Assembly: GCA_964354495.1 (NCBI GenBank)
Contig: CAYHAA010000010.1
Span: 40,522 to 104,521, forward strand
Direction: 5' to 3'
DNA from: an uncultured archaeon
Lineage (GTDB): Archaea; Asgardarchaeota; Thorarchaeia; Thorarchaeales; Thorarchaeaceae
Length of the DNA stretch: 64,000 nucleotides
Below are positions 10,074 to 20,729 of the stretch, in pieces. Position numbers and translations under genes: made by a program. The notes under the pieces were generated by a model. It saw only the letters and a program-made list of their open reading frames with translations. It did no database searches and was not told the DNA's origin. Every line of letters begins with the position of its first letter. The first letter of the stretch is position 1.

Positions 10074-13037
10074 CTACAGATCAATGCCCTTCTTCCTGAA
10101 TCGCTGTTTGCAAATCTCCACACCAAGAATGGTTGGCAATGAAAGAAGCACACAGATCAGCCAATCATAGAGTGTGAGAGGTATGATATAGAAATTCAGT
10201 CCTACAGAGGAGAGAATCTCATTGACTACAGGGACATACATTAGCAGCAGATGTGCCAGATAGATGAGACCGAGAAATATCGCAAAGATCCATGTACCAG
10301 GTTCACGAATGCTCTTGTGCAGTGGGAGATTGATACGTCGAATGAGAAGCACCATCACGCTCTCGACAATTAGGATAACCGAGAGAAGCATACTAGTCGA
10401 CTTGAGAAGAACCCATATTGGACCGCCACCATCGTAGAATGGATTGGCAGTGTCGGTGACAGGAGGTACGTAGGTTTCCCAGAAGCCAGAATTGTTCTCA
10501 GGAGTGACTTGAACAATGCCCAAGTATCCGGTGAATGTCAGGAAGTAGACAATGACAGCGCCAATGACCATGAGGAGGATATTGACACCCATCACCTTGC
10601 CCAGATTTCGCGTGATAATCTCCTCACTGTCCCGAGGTTTCTCCTCCATGGCTCTTGGAGATGTACGGTCAAAAACAAGGGCCAAGCCTGGGAACGAATG
10701 AGTTGTGACAACGAGATAGATACTCTGCCACATGCTGAGAATCTCAATGTAATCAGGCATGATGAAGAGAGCACCAAAGAAGATGAAGCTCTCAAAGAGA
10801 TTGATGGCCACATAGAAGTAAATCATCATACGAATCTTGTTGAAGAGACCTCTTCCTTGATGTACTCCGGTGACAATCGATGCAAAACTATCATCAGTGA
10901 TAACTATGTCCGCTGCTTCCTTCGCCACATCGGTACCCGTGATACCCATCGCGATTCCAGCGTCACTCATGGCCAGCGCAAGGGCGTCATTGACACCATC
11001 TCCTGTCATCGCGACAACTTTGTTCTGCTCTTGGTACCGCTCGACGATGATCTGCTTATGGTCGGGATTCACTCGTGCAAAGACATTGGTTCTGATGAAG
11101 TCGGCATCGCTGATGTCATGGATAGTGCTGCCTTCGGCCACAAGTGAATTCTGTTGATACACTCCAAGGTCTGTAGCGATGGTCTTGGCTGTTGCAGCGG
11201 CATCACCTGTAATCATGACGACATTGATGCCTGCGCTGTGACATGCCTTGACTGCCTCTTTGACGCCATCTCGTGGCGGATCAACAATGCAGGCAAAACC
11301 GAGATAGGTCAGGCCTCTCTCTGTGACTTGCCTCGCATTCTTTCCAGTTGGCACAGCATCCATTTGTTTGTAGGCCAGGGAAATTACCCTGTATCCTTTG
11401 CTGGCAAAGCCCTCGGCCAGACTGGCAACACGCTGAAGAAGCCCGCGGGTCATTCTAGAGGGGCTGTCTCTTCCATTCGAATACTCGCAGAGTGGCATGA
11501 GAACTTCAGTCGCACCCTTGACAAAGGCGACGAATGTGTCACCATCTTGACAGATCTTGGACATTCTCTTCAACTCAGACTCGAAGGGGAACTCCTCAAC
11601 AATCTTGTAACGTTTCTTGACAGCGGCCTCATCAATTCCACTCTTTCGGAATAGTGTTAAGAGGGCAGCATCAGTAGGATCGCCTAATGGAGTCCACACA
11701 GTCCCCTGATCTGGAAGCTCCTCTTTGATGATCTCTGCATCATTAGCAAGACCACCGCAGTTGACCAGTCTGAATAGTCCTTTCCAAGCAAAGACGTCGT
11801 CTACTGGCTCTTCCTCTGTGTTAGCCACATTTGCATTGGTCGCACCCTTCAAGAGGTACACGCCACCAGAGGGGTCATAGCCATCACCTCTGACCGAGAA
11901 GAGGTTCTGGGTGTCCCAGCAGTACTTGACTGTCATCTGGTTTCGAGTCATTGTTCCAGTCTTATCACTACAGATGACGCTGACTCGACCCAAGCTCTCA
12001 ACTGCTGACAGGTCTCGAATGATGACACCCCTCTTTGCCATTGCAAGCACACCCGTAAGCAGCACTATGGTTGTCAAGAGAGGTATATTGATTGGCATTA
12101 TAGTCATTGCCCGAGTAATACCTGCACCTACCCGTTCTGATAGATACTGGATGCTGAAGTTGAGCGGATCACCCCTCAAGATGGGATAGACAAAGACCTG
12201 CCAGATGAATGAAATCGCCATAAGAATAATCGCAGCAATTCCCAAGTACTTTGCAAGTCTGTTGACCTTTCTTCTAAGTGGAATGTCTCCCGTATTCAAT
12301 GCTTCTAGGGTTCCCTGAATCTTACCGATCTCCGTTCGTGGGCCTGTTGCAGTGGTGACAACGGTAGCCATTCCTGTCGCAACATATGTTCCGAAGAAGA
12401 CCATGTTCAGTCGGTCTGTGAGAGGGGAGTCCTTCTGGACATGAGCATCCTCACTCTTGATTACTGGTACACTCTCGCCAGTTAGTGATGCCTCGTTGGT
12501 CATCAGATTTGACGATGTCACTAGCCGAGCGTCGGCAGGTATCCTATCGCCCTGTTCCAGTTTCACAATATCGCCCAAGACAATGTCCAAGGGTGAAATG
12601 CTACATTCTTTGCCATCCCGAATGACTCGCGCTTCACCAGCCGATAACTTCTCTAGAGCCTCGAGCTTCTTTTGTGCACGAAACTGCTGAACCATGGCGA
12701 CTATGGCATTCACCGCAACTACCGCAAGCCAAACAGTCGCACCACCTATCGTATTGAAGTCAGATGGGAAGAGGAAGGCGATGGTGATCAGAGCAAAAGA
12801 GCTTATGATATAGATTGTAATGAGCCAATTCAGAATTGGAGCAATGTAGACCTGCCAAAATGCACCCTTGTAACGAGGAATAGTATTGGGACCAGATTCC
12901 TCAAGTCGTTTCTTCGCCTCGTCTTTTGATAGACCAAGCGATGCATCAACTCGGAGGGATTTGAAGACATCTTCAAGAGGCGTTGAATGGTGCATTACGA
13001 CTGTGCTATCTTCTGTGATGGCATCATCTGTTGACAA
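10074..13037 (-). CDS. cation-transporting P-type ATPase (P2-type, Ca2+/Mg2+-ATPase-like)
   Basis: DKTGTMT phosphorylation motif and MTGDGVNDALAL hinge motif. It has about 10 predicted transmembrane helices and is 987 aa long. Confidence 0.9.
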   Translation of the reverse strand: MSTDDAITEDSTVVMHHSTPLEDVFKSLRVDASLGLSKDEAKKRLEESGPNTIPRYKGAFWQVYIAPILNWLITIYIISSFALITIAFLFPSDFNTIGGATVWLAVVAVNAIVAMVQQFRAQKKLEALEKLSAGEARVIRDGKECSISPLDIVLGDIVKLEQGDRIPADARLVTSSNLMTNEASLTGESVPVIKSEDAHVQKDSPLTDRLNMVFFGTYVATGMATVVTTATGPRTEIGKIQGTLEALNTGDIPLRRKVNRLAKYLGIAAIILMAISFIWQVFVYPILRGDPLNFSIQYLSERVGAGITRAMTIMPINIPLLTTIVLLTGVLAMAKRGVIIRDLSAVESLGRVSVICSDKTGTMTRNQMTVKYCWDTQNLFSVRGDGYDPSGGVYLLKGATNANVANTEEEPVDDVFAWKGLFRLVNCGGLANDAEIIKEELPDQGTVWTPLGDPTDAALLTLFRKSGIDEAAVKKRYKIVEEFPFESELKRMSKICQDGDTFVAFVKGATEVLMPLCEYSNGRDSPSRMTRGLLQRVASLAEGFASKGYRVISLAYKQMDAVPTGKNARQVTERGLTYLGFACIVDPPRDGVKEAVKACHSAGINVVMITGDAAATAKTIATDLGVYQQNSLVAEGSTIHDISDADFIRTNVFARVNPDHKQIIVERYQEQNKVVAMTGDGVNDALALAMSDAGIAMGITGTDVAKEAADIVITDDSFASIVTGVHQGRGLFNKIRMMIYFYVAINLFESFIFFGALFIMPDYIEILSMWQSIYLVVTTHSFPGLALVFDRTSPRAMEEKPRDSEEIITRNLGKVMGVNILLMVIGAVIVYFLTFTGYLGIVQVTPENNSGFWETYVPPVTDTANPFYDGGGPIWVLLKSTSMLLSVILIVESVMVLLIRRINLPLHKSIREPGTWIFAIFLGLIYLAHLLLMYVPVVNEILSSVGLNFYIIPLTLYDWLICVLLSLPTILGVEICKQRFRKKGIDL

Positions 13038-13235
13038 AACCTGTACCTCTGAAGATGTATCTGTGATGTTGTCTGAGTAGATAAAGCAAACTCGACTGGT
13101 CCTAGTTCATCTTCCAAGGGTGAAAGGTAAGAAGCAACCTTTTGAAGTTTTTCAGTATTGGGCTACTATACCTACGTCGATAGGTTCATGTGTTCAGAAG
13201 ACGAACCAGAGATGCCGCACACGGTCTAATACTGA

Positions 13236-15218
13236 TTGGTGTACACTATGAATTACTACTGGGAGCCTGCACGCATTCAAAGAAGATCCAGAACAAATGG
13301 AACGAAGCTCATTGCGCTTGTCATTATTCTCATGGTCGTGGTATCCGCGGGGCTAGCGCTGCTAGGGAACATCAATCCCAACAGTATAGGCCCCACTGAA
13401 GCTGTGAGAGTTGCAGTATTGGACTCGGGTGTTGACATAGACTTCACTCTACAAGGGAGGATTGCTGCTCAACAGAGCTTCATTACAGTCGAAAATGGGT
13501 ATAGCGCGACGGATACATCAGTGAGTGATGCAAAGCCGGATGATGTTCCTCATGGTACATTGATTGCTAAACAGATTGCACAGGCCGAGAACGCTCTCAT
13601 CATCAACGGCAAAATCCTTGACTATGAAGGCAGCGCAACGACAATGGGGCTGGTAGATGCAATTCACTGGGCAGTCGAGCAGAATGCAAGCGTCATCAAT
13701 CTCAGTCTTGGTGGTTCGCCCACTTTTGGCGACCTGACAGAGGCAGCAATCGATTGGGCATTCTCGCAGGGGGTCGTCGTCGTCGTTTCAGCGGGGAATT
13801 CTGGTGACTACGGAGTGCCGGGTACATGTATAGAGTCGCCAGCAGTCTACATGAGATGCCTAGCTGTTGGCGCCTTGACAGCTAATAACGAGCCTGCATA
13901 TTTCACCTCCACTGGACCTGCAAGGGAGCTCTACATGAAACCGGACATCAGTGCTCTGGGCTACACAACGGATGGTGATGGAACGCAGTATTGGGGGACA
14001 AGCTTTGCAGCTCCAAGGGTCTCTGCGGCTGCGGCACAATTGATTGGTTACTCTATGGCGAATAACATAACATGGTCACCTGGGTCTATCATGGCAGCCC
14101 TGATGAGAGGAGCTGAAGTCCTGACTAGTTATCAACCGTATGAAGTAGGTGCAGGCAAACTGGACCTTCAGGGTTCCTTGACCCTCATTCAACAGCTATC
14201 ATCAGCCGACGAACTGCCTGCAATCAGCTATGCATTTCCAGGAATGATACCCATAGACTATGAGCGGCTCTTTCAGGGAGATACATACAACTTCAATATT
14301 CGGCTCTTTACTGGAGGCGCGACTGTGTTCTCCACATATGTAGGCGCCGATAATTCGTCACTATTCGTTATCGACGACGAAATCATGGTGGACCAGATTG
14401 CCTCTGTTCCAATCTCTGTAATTGTTCCGAGTTCTGGCGTAAGCGATGTGATAGGCACAATCTCATTCACTTCGGAGGACTTTGGAGATACCAGTGTTTT
14501 CATCTCATTCCCAGTTGGCACTCCTGTTGCCAGAGTCGCCTTTGACATCTCACATTCCACTTGGGACATAGACTCGATCTATGGGCAGTTCAGGGAGTTC
14601 TACAAGGAGTTGGTCGGCAATGATATATCAGTCACTGAGATTCGTAACAGCACTGCCACGACTCTAGACATTCTCCAGCAGTATGATGCGGTCGTTCTTC
14701 TTGATCCCTGTGTCTACACATCGAACGAGACTGATCCAGGGAATGTAACATTATTCTCCATTCCATTCTCAGAGGTCGAGAGGAATGCCTACGAAGACTA
14801 CTACAATGCTGGTGGAGGGCTATTCATCGTAGCCTTGTCAGAATCGAGCCTCAATTTGTCAGCCTTGAATGATTTCCTCTCATGGACTGGATTCTCGTTG
14901 ACGTCAATGGAAGTGCCCCTTGGAAACACGCCCGCACTCATAGATGAGATTAATGTTCATATCATCACATCTGGAGTGGATGCCTTCCACTATCTGGGAG
15001 CAACCATCGAGATACCTGCGGATGGACACACACTTGCATTCTATGGAGGTATGCCCATAATGGGATACAAGGAGGGCGCTGGTGGTGGAAAAATCGTGGT
15101 GACAGGGAGCAACTTCATGCTCGATAACTGGGGGCTCCTCGGTCGGTACACAGGATCAAATGATAATACTCTCTTGGCACGACGGATTGTTCTCTGGTGT
15201 GCAGATCAACTCGCATAG
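13236..15218 (+). CDS. secreted subtilisin-like serine peptidase (S8 family) with C-terminal extension
   Basis: Catalytic triad contexts VAVLDSGVD (Asp), HGTLIA (His) and GTSFAAP (Ser). N-terminal transmembrane/signal segment. Confidence 0.85.
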   Translation: MVYTMNYYWEPARIQRRSRTNGTKLIALVIILMVVVSAGLALLGNINPNSIGPTEAVRVAVLDSGVDIDFTLQGRIAAQQSFITVENGYSATDTSVSDAKPDDVPHGTLIAKQIAQAENALIINGKILDYEGSATTMGLVDAIHWAVEQNASVINLSLGGSPTFGDLTEAAIDWAFSQGVVVVVSAGNSGDYGVPGTCIESPAVYMRCLAVGALTANNEPAYFTSTGPARELYMKPDISALGYTTDGDGTQYWGTSFAAPRVSAAAAQLIGYSMANNITWSPGSIMAALMRGAEVLTSYQPYEVGAGKLDLQGSLTLIQQLSSADELPAISYAFPGMIPIDYERLFQGDTYNFNIRLFTGGATVFSTYVGADNSSLFVIDDEIMVDQIASVPISVIVPSSGVSDVIGTISFTSEDFGDTSVFISFPVGTPVARVAFDISHSTWDIDSIYGQFREFYKELVGNDISVTEIRNSTATTLDILQQYDAVVLLDPCVYTSNETDPGNVTLFSIPFSEVERNAYEDYYNAGGGLFIVALSESSLNLSALNDFLSWTGFSLTSMEVPLGNTPALIDEINVHIITSGVDAFHYLGATIEIPADGHTLAFYGGMPIMGYKEGAGGGKIVVTGSNFMLDNWGLLGRYTGSNDNTLLARRIVLWCADQLA

Positions 15219-15326
15219 ACTCAAGGTGTATTCTCAAACACTTTGATTGCGTTGAAACTCGCGCTTTAAATGCAGTAGAGCATCATCCATAACCGCTAAC
15301 AACCTTTCCGAGTCGAAATCGGACAT

Positions 15327-15381
15327 GCTGGCAACGGCGGTCTTTTTTCCGGAGCTGCCAGCCCACCAATTCCCTCTTTTT
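15327..15381 (+). terminator. hairpin (GCTGGCA...TGCCAGC) with internal T6 and a following T6 tract, downstream of the subtilisin gene
   Basis: An inverted repeat around TCTTTTTTCC is followed by CTCTTTTTTCAG; archaeal terminators are T-tracts. Confidence 0.35.
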
Positions 15382-15475
15382 TCAGAACATATGAGGGCGA
15401 TTACGTGTTACTATCAGCATGTTTAATTCAAGGTGACTTTGCCAGACAGACAAATCTGAGGACGTGACGTTCTGA

Positions 15476-16705
15476 TTGGCAAGAGCAACCAAAGCATCTT
15501 ATGTTGTTCTGGCGGCATGCATTATATCACATTTTATGAATCACATCTATACCGGAGTACTGTCACCCTTTCTAGAGATCATTCAGTCAGAACTCGGCAT
15601 CAGCTATACTATGATAGGTGTGGTTGCAAGCGCGGCAGTCCTCTCTATGACCATAGCACATCTCTTAGTTGGATATCTCGTGGACAGAGGATACCGCGAC
15701 ATATTCATCTCAATCAGTATTCTTGGCGCAGCCTTTGCAACACTTTTGACCAGCTATGCTCAGGACTTTGTATTCCTCACCATATTTCAACTCTTTCTCG
15801 GAGTCGGAACCTCAGGATATCATCCGAGCTCATCTCCAGCACTGACTGAGATGTTCCCCAAGTCAGATCGGGCAAAGGCCATGGGCATTCAAGCAATGGG
15901 GGGCCTTGTGGGGATGGCAGTTACCCCCTTTCTCTGTGTGACATTGCTTGTTGTAATGAATTCATGGCAAGGAGTGCTCCGAGTCACAGCAATCTTTGGC
16001 TTTGCGGTGTTCATCCCGACACTGCTATTGATGAGAAGTTCATCTGTGAAGACCAGAGAAACAAGAATAGAGAGTTTGAATCTCGAGGGACCAGATGGCT
16101 GGACAAAGAACTTTTGGGCAATGATGGTTGTCACAGGTCTGCGCGGAATGGCATTCAGATGCACGACTCTTCTAATGCCACTTTACCTGGTCGTCACATA
16201 TGGTGCTAGTACTGTTTCTGCAGGGGTTCTCACTGCGATCATGCTGACAGCCGGGCTGTTTGCAGAAGTAGTTTCATCCATTCTCTCAGATAGATTACAT
16301 AACCGAGTAGTGTTTCTCGTTATCTCGACAGGATTTGCAACACCAGCCATTCTGCTGCTGAACTTTTCATTAGAGCCAATTCTACTGATGCTAGTCCTGA
16401 TAGCCATTGGTTTCTTTTTCTTCCTGGGAGACCCAGCATTCACGGCACTTCAGACTGAGATTTCCCCCAGTAAATCACGGGGTATTGCCTTTGGGCTCAT
16501 CTTCTCAGTTGGCGCATTACCCGGTGCAATTGCGCCCATTATCTTCGGGCTTATTGGTGACCTCTACGGGCTTGCCGCGTCCATACTGTTTCTTGTGTTC
16601 ACTACTTTCCTTGCCACGGTTTTCTCCCTCTTTCTCAAGAATGATAAGTCCTACCTAGTGAGAGACTCTATTTCCATGCCAGAGGGTGTTATACCGCCTC
16701 CGTGA
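15476..16705 (+). CDS. MFS transporter
   Basis: 12 predicted transmembrane helices. MFS-like motif LVDRGYRD between TM2 and TM3. Confidence 0.8.
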   Translation: MARATKASYVVLAACIISHFMNHIYTGVLSPFLEIIQSELGISYTMIGVVASAAVLSMTIAHLLVGYLVDRGYRDIFISISILGAAFATLLTSYAQDFVFLTIFQLFLGVGTSGYHPSSSPALTEMFPKSDRAKAMGIQAMGGLVGMAVTPFLCVTLLVVMNSWQGVLRVTAIFGFAVFIPTLLLMRSSSVKTRETRIESLNLEGPDGWTKNFWAMMVVTGLRGMAFRCTTLLMPLYLVVTYGASTVSAGVLTAIMLTAGLFAEVVSSILSDRLHNRVVFLVISTGFATPAILLLNFSLEPILLMLVLIAIGFFFFLGDPAFTALQTEISPSKSRGIAFGLIFSVGALPGAIAPIIFGLIGDLYGLAASILFLVFTTFLATVFSLFLKNDKSYLVRDSISMPEGVIPPP

Positions 16706-16758
16706 ACATCCCTTCACGTATAGACAGTCTGAAATAACACGATTCTCGCCACAATACC

Positions 16759-17640
16759 ATGCAGGACTATCATGTTCATCCGAATTACTCCATTGATGCT
16801 GAAGGGAGTGTGGAGGACTTCTGCGAGGCCGCATTGCAGAGAGGAATCAAAGAGATTGCCTTTACGACTCATCTTGATACAGACATGACAACCGATGATT
16901 GCCATGTGGTTGTAAGAGGTAAGAGGATGGACACACTCTCGGGTGAATGGCTGGAGAACTATGAGGCAACCATTAGAGCAGCACATGACACATACAAAGA
17001 GAAAGGACTTCGGGTTCTTCTGGGAGTAGAAGTAGACTACATCGATGACCTAGAGAGTGTACTTCCTGAGCAGTTCTATTCAACGGACTTTGATATTGTC
17101 CTCGGCTCGACGCATCTTATCGATCACAGTGCAATATCCGCTGGAGATCGTGCTGAAGATACTTTCAAGAGATACTCCCTGGAGGAACTAGGAGAGGCAT
17201 ACTACACTCACTTGCTGAGGGCAATAGAAACAGGGCTGTTTGACATAATGGCCCACCTTGACCTCTATCGAAGATTCGGGCAAGTCTTCTATGGAGAGGG
17301 AATTCGGGATATCTGGAAACCATATCTTAAGGACCTGGCCAATGCAATGAAGAGGCACAATGTGGGGTTTGAGGTGAATACGTCGCCTCTAAGGACAGGA
17401 CAGGATGAGCCCATGCCAGAGGAGAACATCATTAGGGCGCTCAAGAGAGCAGGGGTTTCGAATGTCACTACTGGATCTGATGCACATAGACCAAGCGATG
17501 TTGGCGCGGGAATTGTAGAGGCCACGAATCTGCTCAAGAAGGTAGGATACTCGACTATCACAACATTCAATCGGCGAAGACCCGGAACGCAGAAAATACC
17601 GAAGACAGCGGGAGGAAACAAAAGAGAATTATCTCCGTGA
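16759..17640 (+). CDS. PHP-domain phosphoesterase (histidinol-phosphatase HisJ family-like)
   Basis: N-terminal MQDYHVHPNYSIDAEG (HxH metal motif). Conserved His and Asp residues continue along the protein (AHLDLY, GSDAH). Confidence 0.65.
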   Translation: MQDYHVHPNYSIDAEGSVEDFCEAALQRGIKEIAFTTHLDTDMTTDDCHVVVRGKRMDTLSGEWLENYEATIRAAHDTYKEKGLRVLLGVEVDYIDDLESVLPEQFYSTDFDIVLGSTHLIDHSAISAGDRAEDTFKRYSLEELGEAYYTHLLRAIETGLFDIMAHLDLYRRFGQVFYGEGIRDIWKPYLKDLANAMKRHNVGFEVNTSPLRTGQDEPMPEENIIRALKRAGVSNVTTGSDAHRPSDVGAGIVEATNLLKKVGYSTITTFNRRRPGTQKIPKTAGGNKRELSP

Positions 17641-17664
17641 TGTGTCTGAACCCCCGGTGATATC

Positions 17665-18090
17665 TTGAGAAACGCTAAGGCATTCGTTCTGTGTGTTATC
17701 GGCGGTCTATTGATGATATATGCAGGTGCCGTAGGCAGTGTTGGCATCTGGGAAGAATTGATACTCCTAGCACAATCTCTAGCCCCAGAATTCGCGCAAA
17801 TTCTGTCCTATATCCTGTTCATCTTGACGAACATAGCCACCATGGGCGGTGTTGCGGTAATAATAGGCGCAATCCTGCTTACAACTAATAGAGTTGGAAC
17901 TGGAAAGTTCATCATTGGGATTGCAGCAGGGATGGGAATCATTGGTTTCATAATACTTGTATACAATATGTATTTGGCAATCGGTTTTGCTGCCCTATTG
18001 GAGATCTACAATCTGCTCTCCAACTCCATGGAAATTCTTGGAGTGGTTCTAACAATAGTAGGAAGAATGATGGCCAAGAAACCTGAATAG
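17665..18090 (+). CDS. small integral membrane protein, hypothetical
   Basis: Four hydrophobic helices. I recognise no family. Confidence 0.5.
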   Translation: MRNAKAFVLCVIGGLLMIYAGAVGSVGIWEELILLAQSLAPEFAQILSYILFILTNIATMGGVAVIIGAILLTTNRVGTGKFIIGIAAGMGIIGFIILVYNMYLAIGFAALLEIYNLLSNSMEILGVVLTIVGRMMAKKPE

Positions 18091-18135
18091 GTCGCTTCTG
18101 GGGAATCATTGACCGGAATGAGCTGATGCAACTCT

Positions 18136-18777
18136 GTGATAGACTTGACCGAGAAAGATGAGAACACCATTCAGAAGGTTGTGAAACTACTAGAAGATGG
18201 GCTCTTCAAGGAGGCAATCGAAGAGATCCGCTTGTTTCTGAAGACGCAACCAGAGTCCATTGAGGGATGGTATAACCTAGGTTATGCACTCATAGAGAAT
18301 GGCGAATATGATGAAGCAATCAGGGCGTATGATGAGGCACTGGCCATCGATAATGGCATCTTCGCCCTCTGGTTCAACAAGGGAACTGCACTCTATGACC
18401 AAATGGATTTCGAGAAAGCTAGAGAGTGCTACGAGAGAGCTCTCGAGATTGACCCGAACGATCCTGAAGCGTGGAATAACCTTGGCAATTGCTTCTCAAG
18501 GCTTGCAAATGGAAGAGCTGCAATCGAGGCATATACCAGAGCAGTGGCTCTGAAACCCGACTATGCCGAGGCATTCTATAACAAGGCAAATGCACACTTC
18601 ATCGAGGAGGAGGATGAGAGAGCGATTGCGTATGCCGAAGTTGCCGTTCAACTGGACCCGAAATTGGCAGAGAGAGTTGGTCAATGGATTAACGTTTCAA
18701 GGAATAGGCTGATTTCACAGAGAGACCAAGAGGAGCACGAGAAGAGAGTGAGGCAGCGCTCCAAGCAAAAGGATTGA
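18136..18777 (+). CDS. tetratricopeptide (TPR) repeat protein
   Basis: Repeated W-N-LG-A...G-Y-AI-Y--AL--DP 34-residue units. Confidence 0.75.
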   Translation: MIDLTEKDENTIQKVVKLLEDGLFKEAIEEIRLFLKTQPESIEGWYNLGYALIENGEYDEAIRAYDEALAIDNGIFALWFNKGTALYDQMDFEKARECYERALEIDPNDPEAWNNLGNCFSRLANGRAAIEAYTRAVALKPDYAEAFYNKANAHFIEEEDERAIAYAEVAVQLDPKLAERVGQWINVSRNRLISQRDQEEHEKRVRQRSKQKD

Positions 18778-18820
18778 TGCATTCATCAGACCTAAAAGGA
18801 GCAACAACTCCCTCAACATC

Positions 18821-19375
18821 ATGATTCCGGGTTTGGTTCCTCAAGAGGCTGCTGAAGGGTTCAGTCCGCCCTACAAGTACATCATACTGATAACAGCTCT
18901 CATCACCGTTGGCGGAATCATTGCAGCGTGGCTCGGTGGACAAGGCATTCTTCCCATTAATCCTGCAGTCACCCTAGGTTTCACCATTCTTGCGGCTACA
19001 GTCGTAGTCTGCTGCGCCGCTGTAATAATGCAGGGCACATACGTTTCACGAATGGTGCACTATGGCGAGATGGAGATTAGATTCGAAGAGGGTAAGACCC
19101 ATTTTGATAATGAGGAATGGGAAAATGCACTCCTCATCTTCACAGAGCTGGCAGGACCAAAGATGGATCACAAGCGGGCAACATACTATGCGGCATGCTG
19201 CTACGAGAAGCTCAGCGACTTGGAGAATGTCAAGAAATACACCAAGGCATACCTTGGTATGAAACCAAGAGATGCTGAAGCCTGGGAGATGCTAGCCCGT
19301 TCTCATAAGCGCCTATTCGAGTATGAAGAGGCACAACATGCACAGGCACAGGCCGAGAGATTCCTGAAAAGCTAG
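18821..19375 (+). CDS. membrane-anchored TPR-like protein
   Basis: Two N-terminal transmembrane helices followed by TPR-like helices (YYAACCYEKLSDLENVKKYTKAYLGMKPRDAEAWEMLA). Confidence 0.55.
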   Translation: MIPGLVPQEAAEGFSPPYKYIILITALITVGGIIAAWLGGQGILPINPAVTLGFTILAATVVVCCAAVIMQGTYVSRMVHYGEMEIRFEEGKTHFDNEEWENALLIFTELAGPKMDHKRATYYAACCYEKLSDLENVKKYTKAYLGMKPRDAEAWEMLARSHKRLFEYEEAQHAQAQAERFLKS

Positions 19376-19413
19376 ATGCCTCTTGAAGGGGCCTCAAATT
19401 CCTCGAGAGGGAC

Positions 19414-20340
19414 CTATTTTGAGGCAAGAATCGGATTACGCAGAAATCCTATGTTCTCGATGTATTGCTCCACTTCATCTCCAGGCTTGAGAAACTCAGG
19501 TGGGTTCCTTGCGAAACCTACTCCTGAGGGAGTACCCGTAGCTATTACGTCTCCGGGTTCGAGAGTGAATGATCTGGAGAGATGAGAGACAATCTGAGGA
19601 ACGTTGAACATCATACTAGAAGTTGACGAATCCTGTTTTGTCACACCGTTTACCTTTGTCATCAGCTTGAGCCCGGATCCATCCCCTAGGGCATCTCTTG
19701 TAACGATACAGGGCCCCATGGGGCAGAAATCGTCTAGTGATTTCGAACGAACAAACTGACCATCACTGTGCTGAAGGTCTCGAGCGCTCACGTCGTTGAT
19801 GATTGTGTAACCTGCAATGTGGTCCAAGGATTGCTTCTCATTGACATCCTTACATGCTCGGCCAATAACGACTGCGAGTTCGACCTCCCAGTCGATTTCT
19901 TTTGATATCCTTGGGATGTGTATTGGGTCGTTGGGTCCAATCACACATGAGGGAAACTTGGCAAAGATCAGTGGGAACTTTGGAATCTCAGAGCCAGTCT
20001 CCTTGATGTGTTCAAGATAGTTCCGTCCAAGCGCCACAATCTTCCCGGGCCTCTGGATTGGTGCTTCTAAGGTCACAGAACTAAGATCGCGGGTGAGGGG
20101 TCGCTCGCCGCGAGGTGCCTGTTCATAACGCTCCACAATCTGACGAACAACCTCAATGCCTGACTCCCAATTCAGAAGGTCCAGCATGGTTGTTGGAAAA
20201 CTCTGACCACGCACGTGATACTTTCTACCGAAGTGTGAGGCAGCGTCCGGTATGTCAAGTATGTCAGACTCTAGGTGCACACCAATAGATGGCACTCCCA
20301 TTCGAGAATATGTGACCAATCGCATGGCTTCATAGGTCAA
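19414..20340 (-). CDS. fumarylacetoacetate hydrolase (FAH) family protein (2-keto-4-pentenoate hydratase-like)
   Basis: FAH family core: KIVALGRNYLEHIKE, GTPSGVG, and conserved Glu and Asp metal ligands. Confidence 0.75.
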   Translation of the reverse strand: MTYEAMRLVTYSRMGVPSIGVHLESDILDIPDAASHFGRKYHVRGQSFPTTMLDLLNWESGIEVVRQIVERYEQAPRGERPLTRDLSSVTLEAPIQRPGKIVALGRNYLEHIKETGSEIPKFPLIFAKFPSCVIGPNDPIHIPRISKEIDWEVELAVVIGRACKDVNEKQSLDHIAGYTIINDVSARDLQHSDGQFVRSKSLDDFCPMGPCIVTRDALGDGSGLKLMTKVNGVTKQDSSTSSMMFNVPQIVSHLSRSFTLEPGDVIATGTPSGVGFARNPPEFLKPGDEVEQYIENIGFLRNPILASK

Positions 20341-20389
20341 ACCAACTCATTTATTCGTAATGGTAGTAGACTCTGATTGGTGTTAGCAC

Positions 20390-20719
20390 ATGACTGATGA
20401 GCCAACCCTAGCAGACCTGCCAGATGAAGTGTTTGTTCCCCTTGGTCAAAGAGGCATGGAGGGCATACCTCTAAAGGACTGCATGTATGAGTGCGATGGA
20501 AAGGAACTGCGCCTACTCAGTTTCAGCAAGGACAGAAACACTCTGAGTGGCAAGGGAGTAGAAAAAGTCATTGAAGACTGGCTTGTGGAGTGTACTACGT
20601 GTGGCAAGTCTTTCACAATCAGATGTCATGTGAGGTATGCAGAGGGAGAAAAGATAGATACAAGAGTAGACATCGTAGATGATACTGGTAAGAATCTCGG
20701 CTGGTTGGGAAGCTATTAG
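20390..20719 (+). CDS. hypothetical protein with CxxC motif
   Basis: The ORF has consistent codon usage and a CTTCGK motif. I recognise no family. Confidence 0.4.
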   Translation: MTDEPTLADLPDEVFVPLGQRGMEGIPLKDCMYECDGKELRLLSFSKDRNTLSGKGVEKVIEDWLVECTTCGKSFTIRCHVRYAEGEKIDTRVDIVDDTGKNLGWLGSY

Positions 20720-20729
20720 GTGAGCTACA

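Noticed and set aside
10509-11654. Plus-strand ORFs of 166-212 aa antisense to the P-type ATPase gene
   Set aside because: The ATPase reading frame carries the DKTGT and GDGVNDA motifs. The antisense frames are Cys/His-rich low-complexity translations typical of reverse-strand artefacts.
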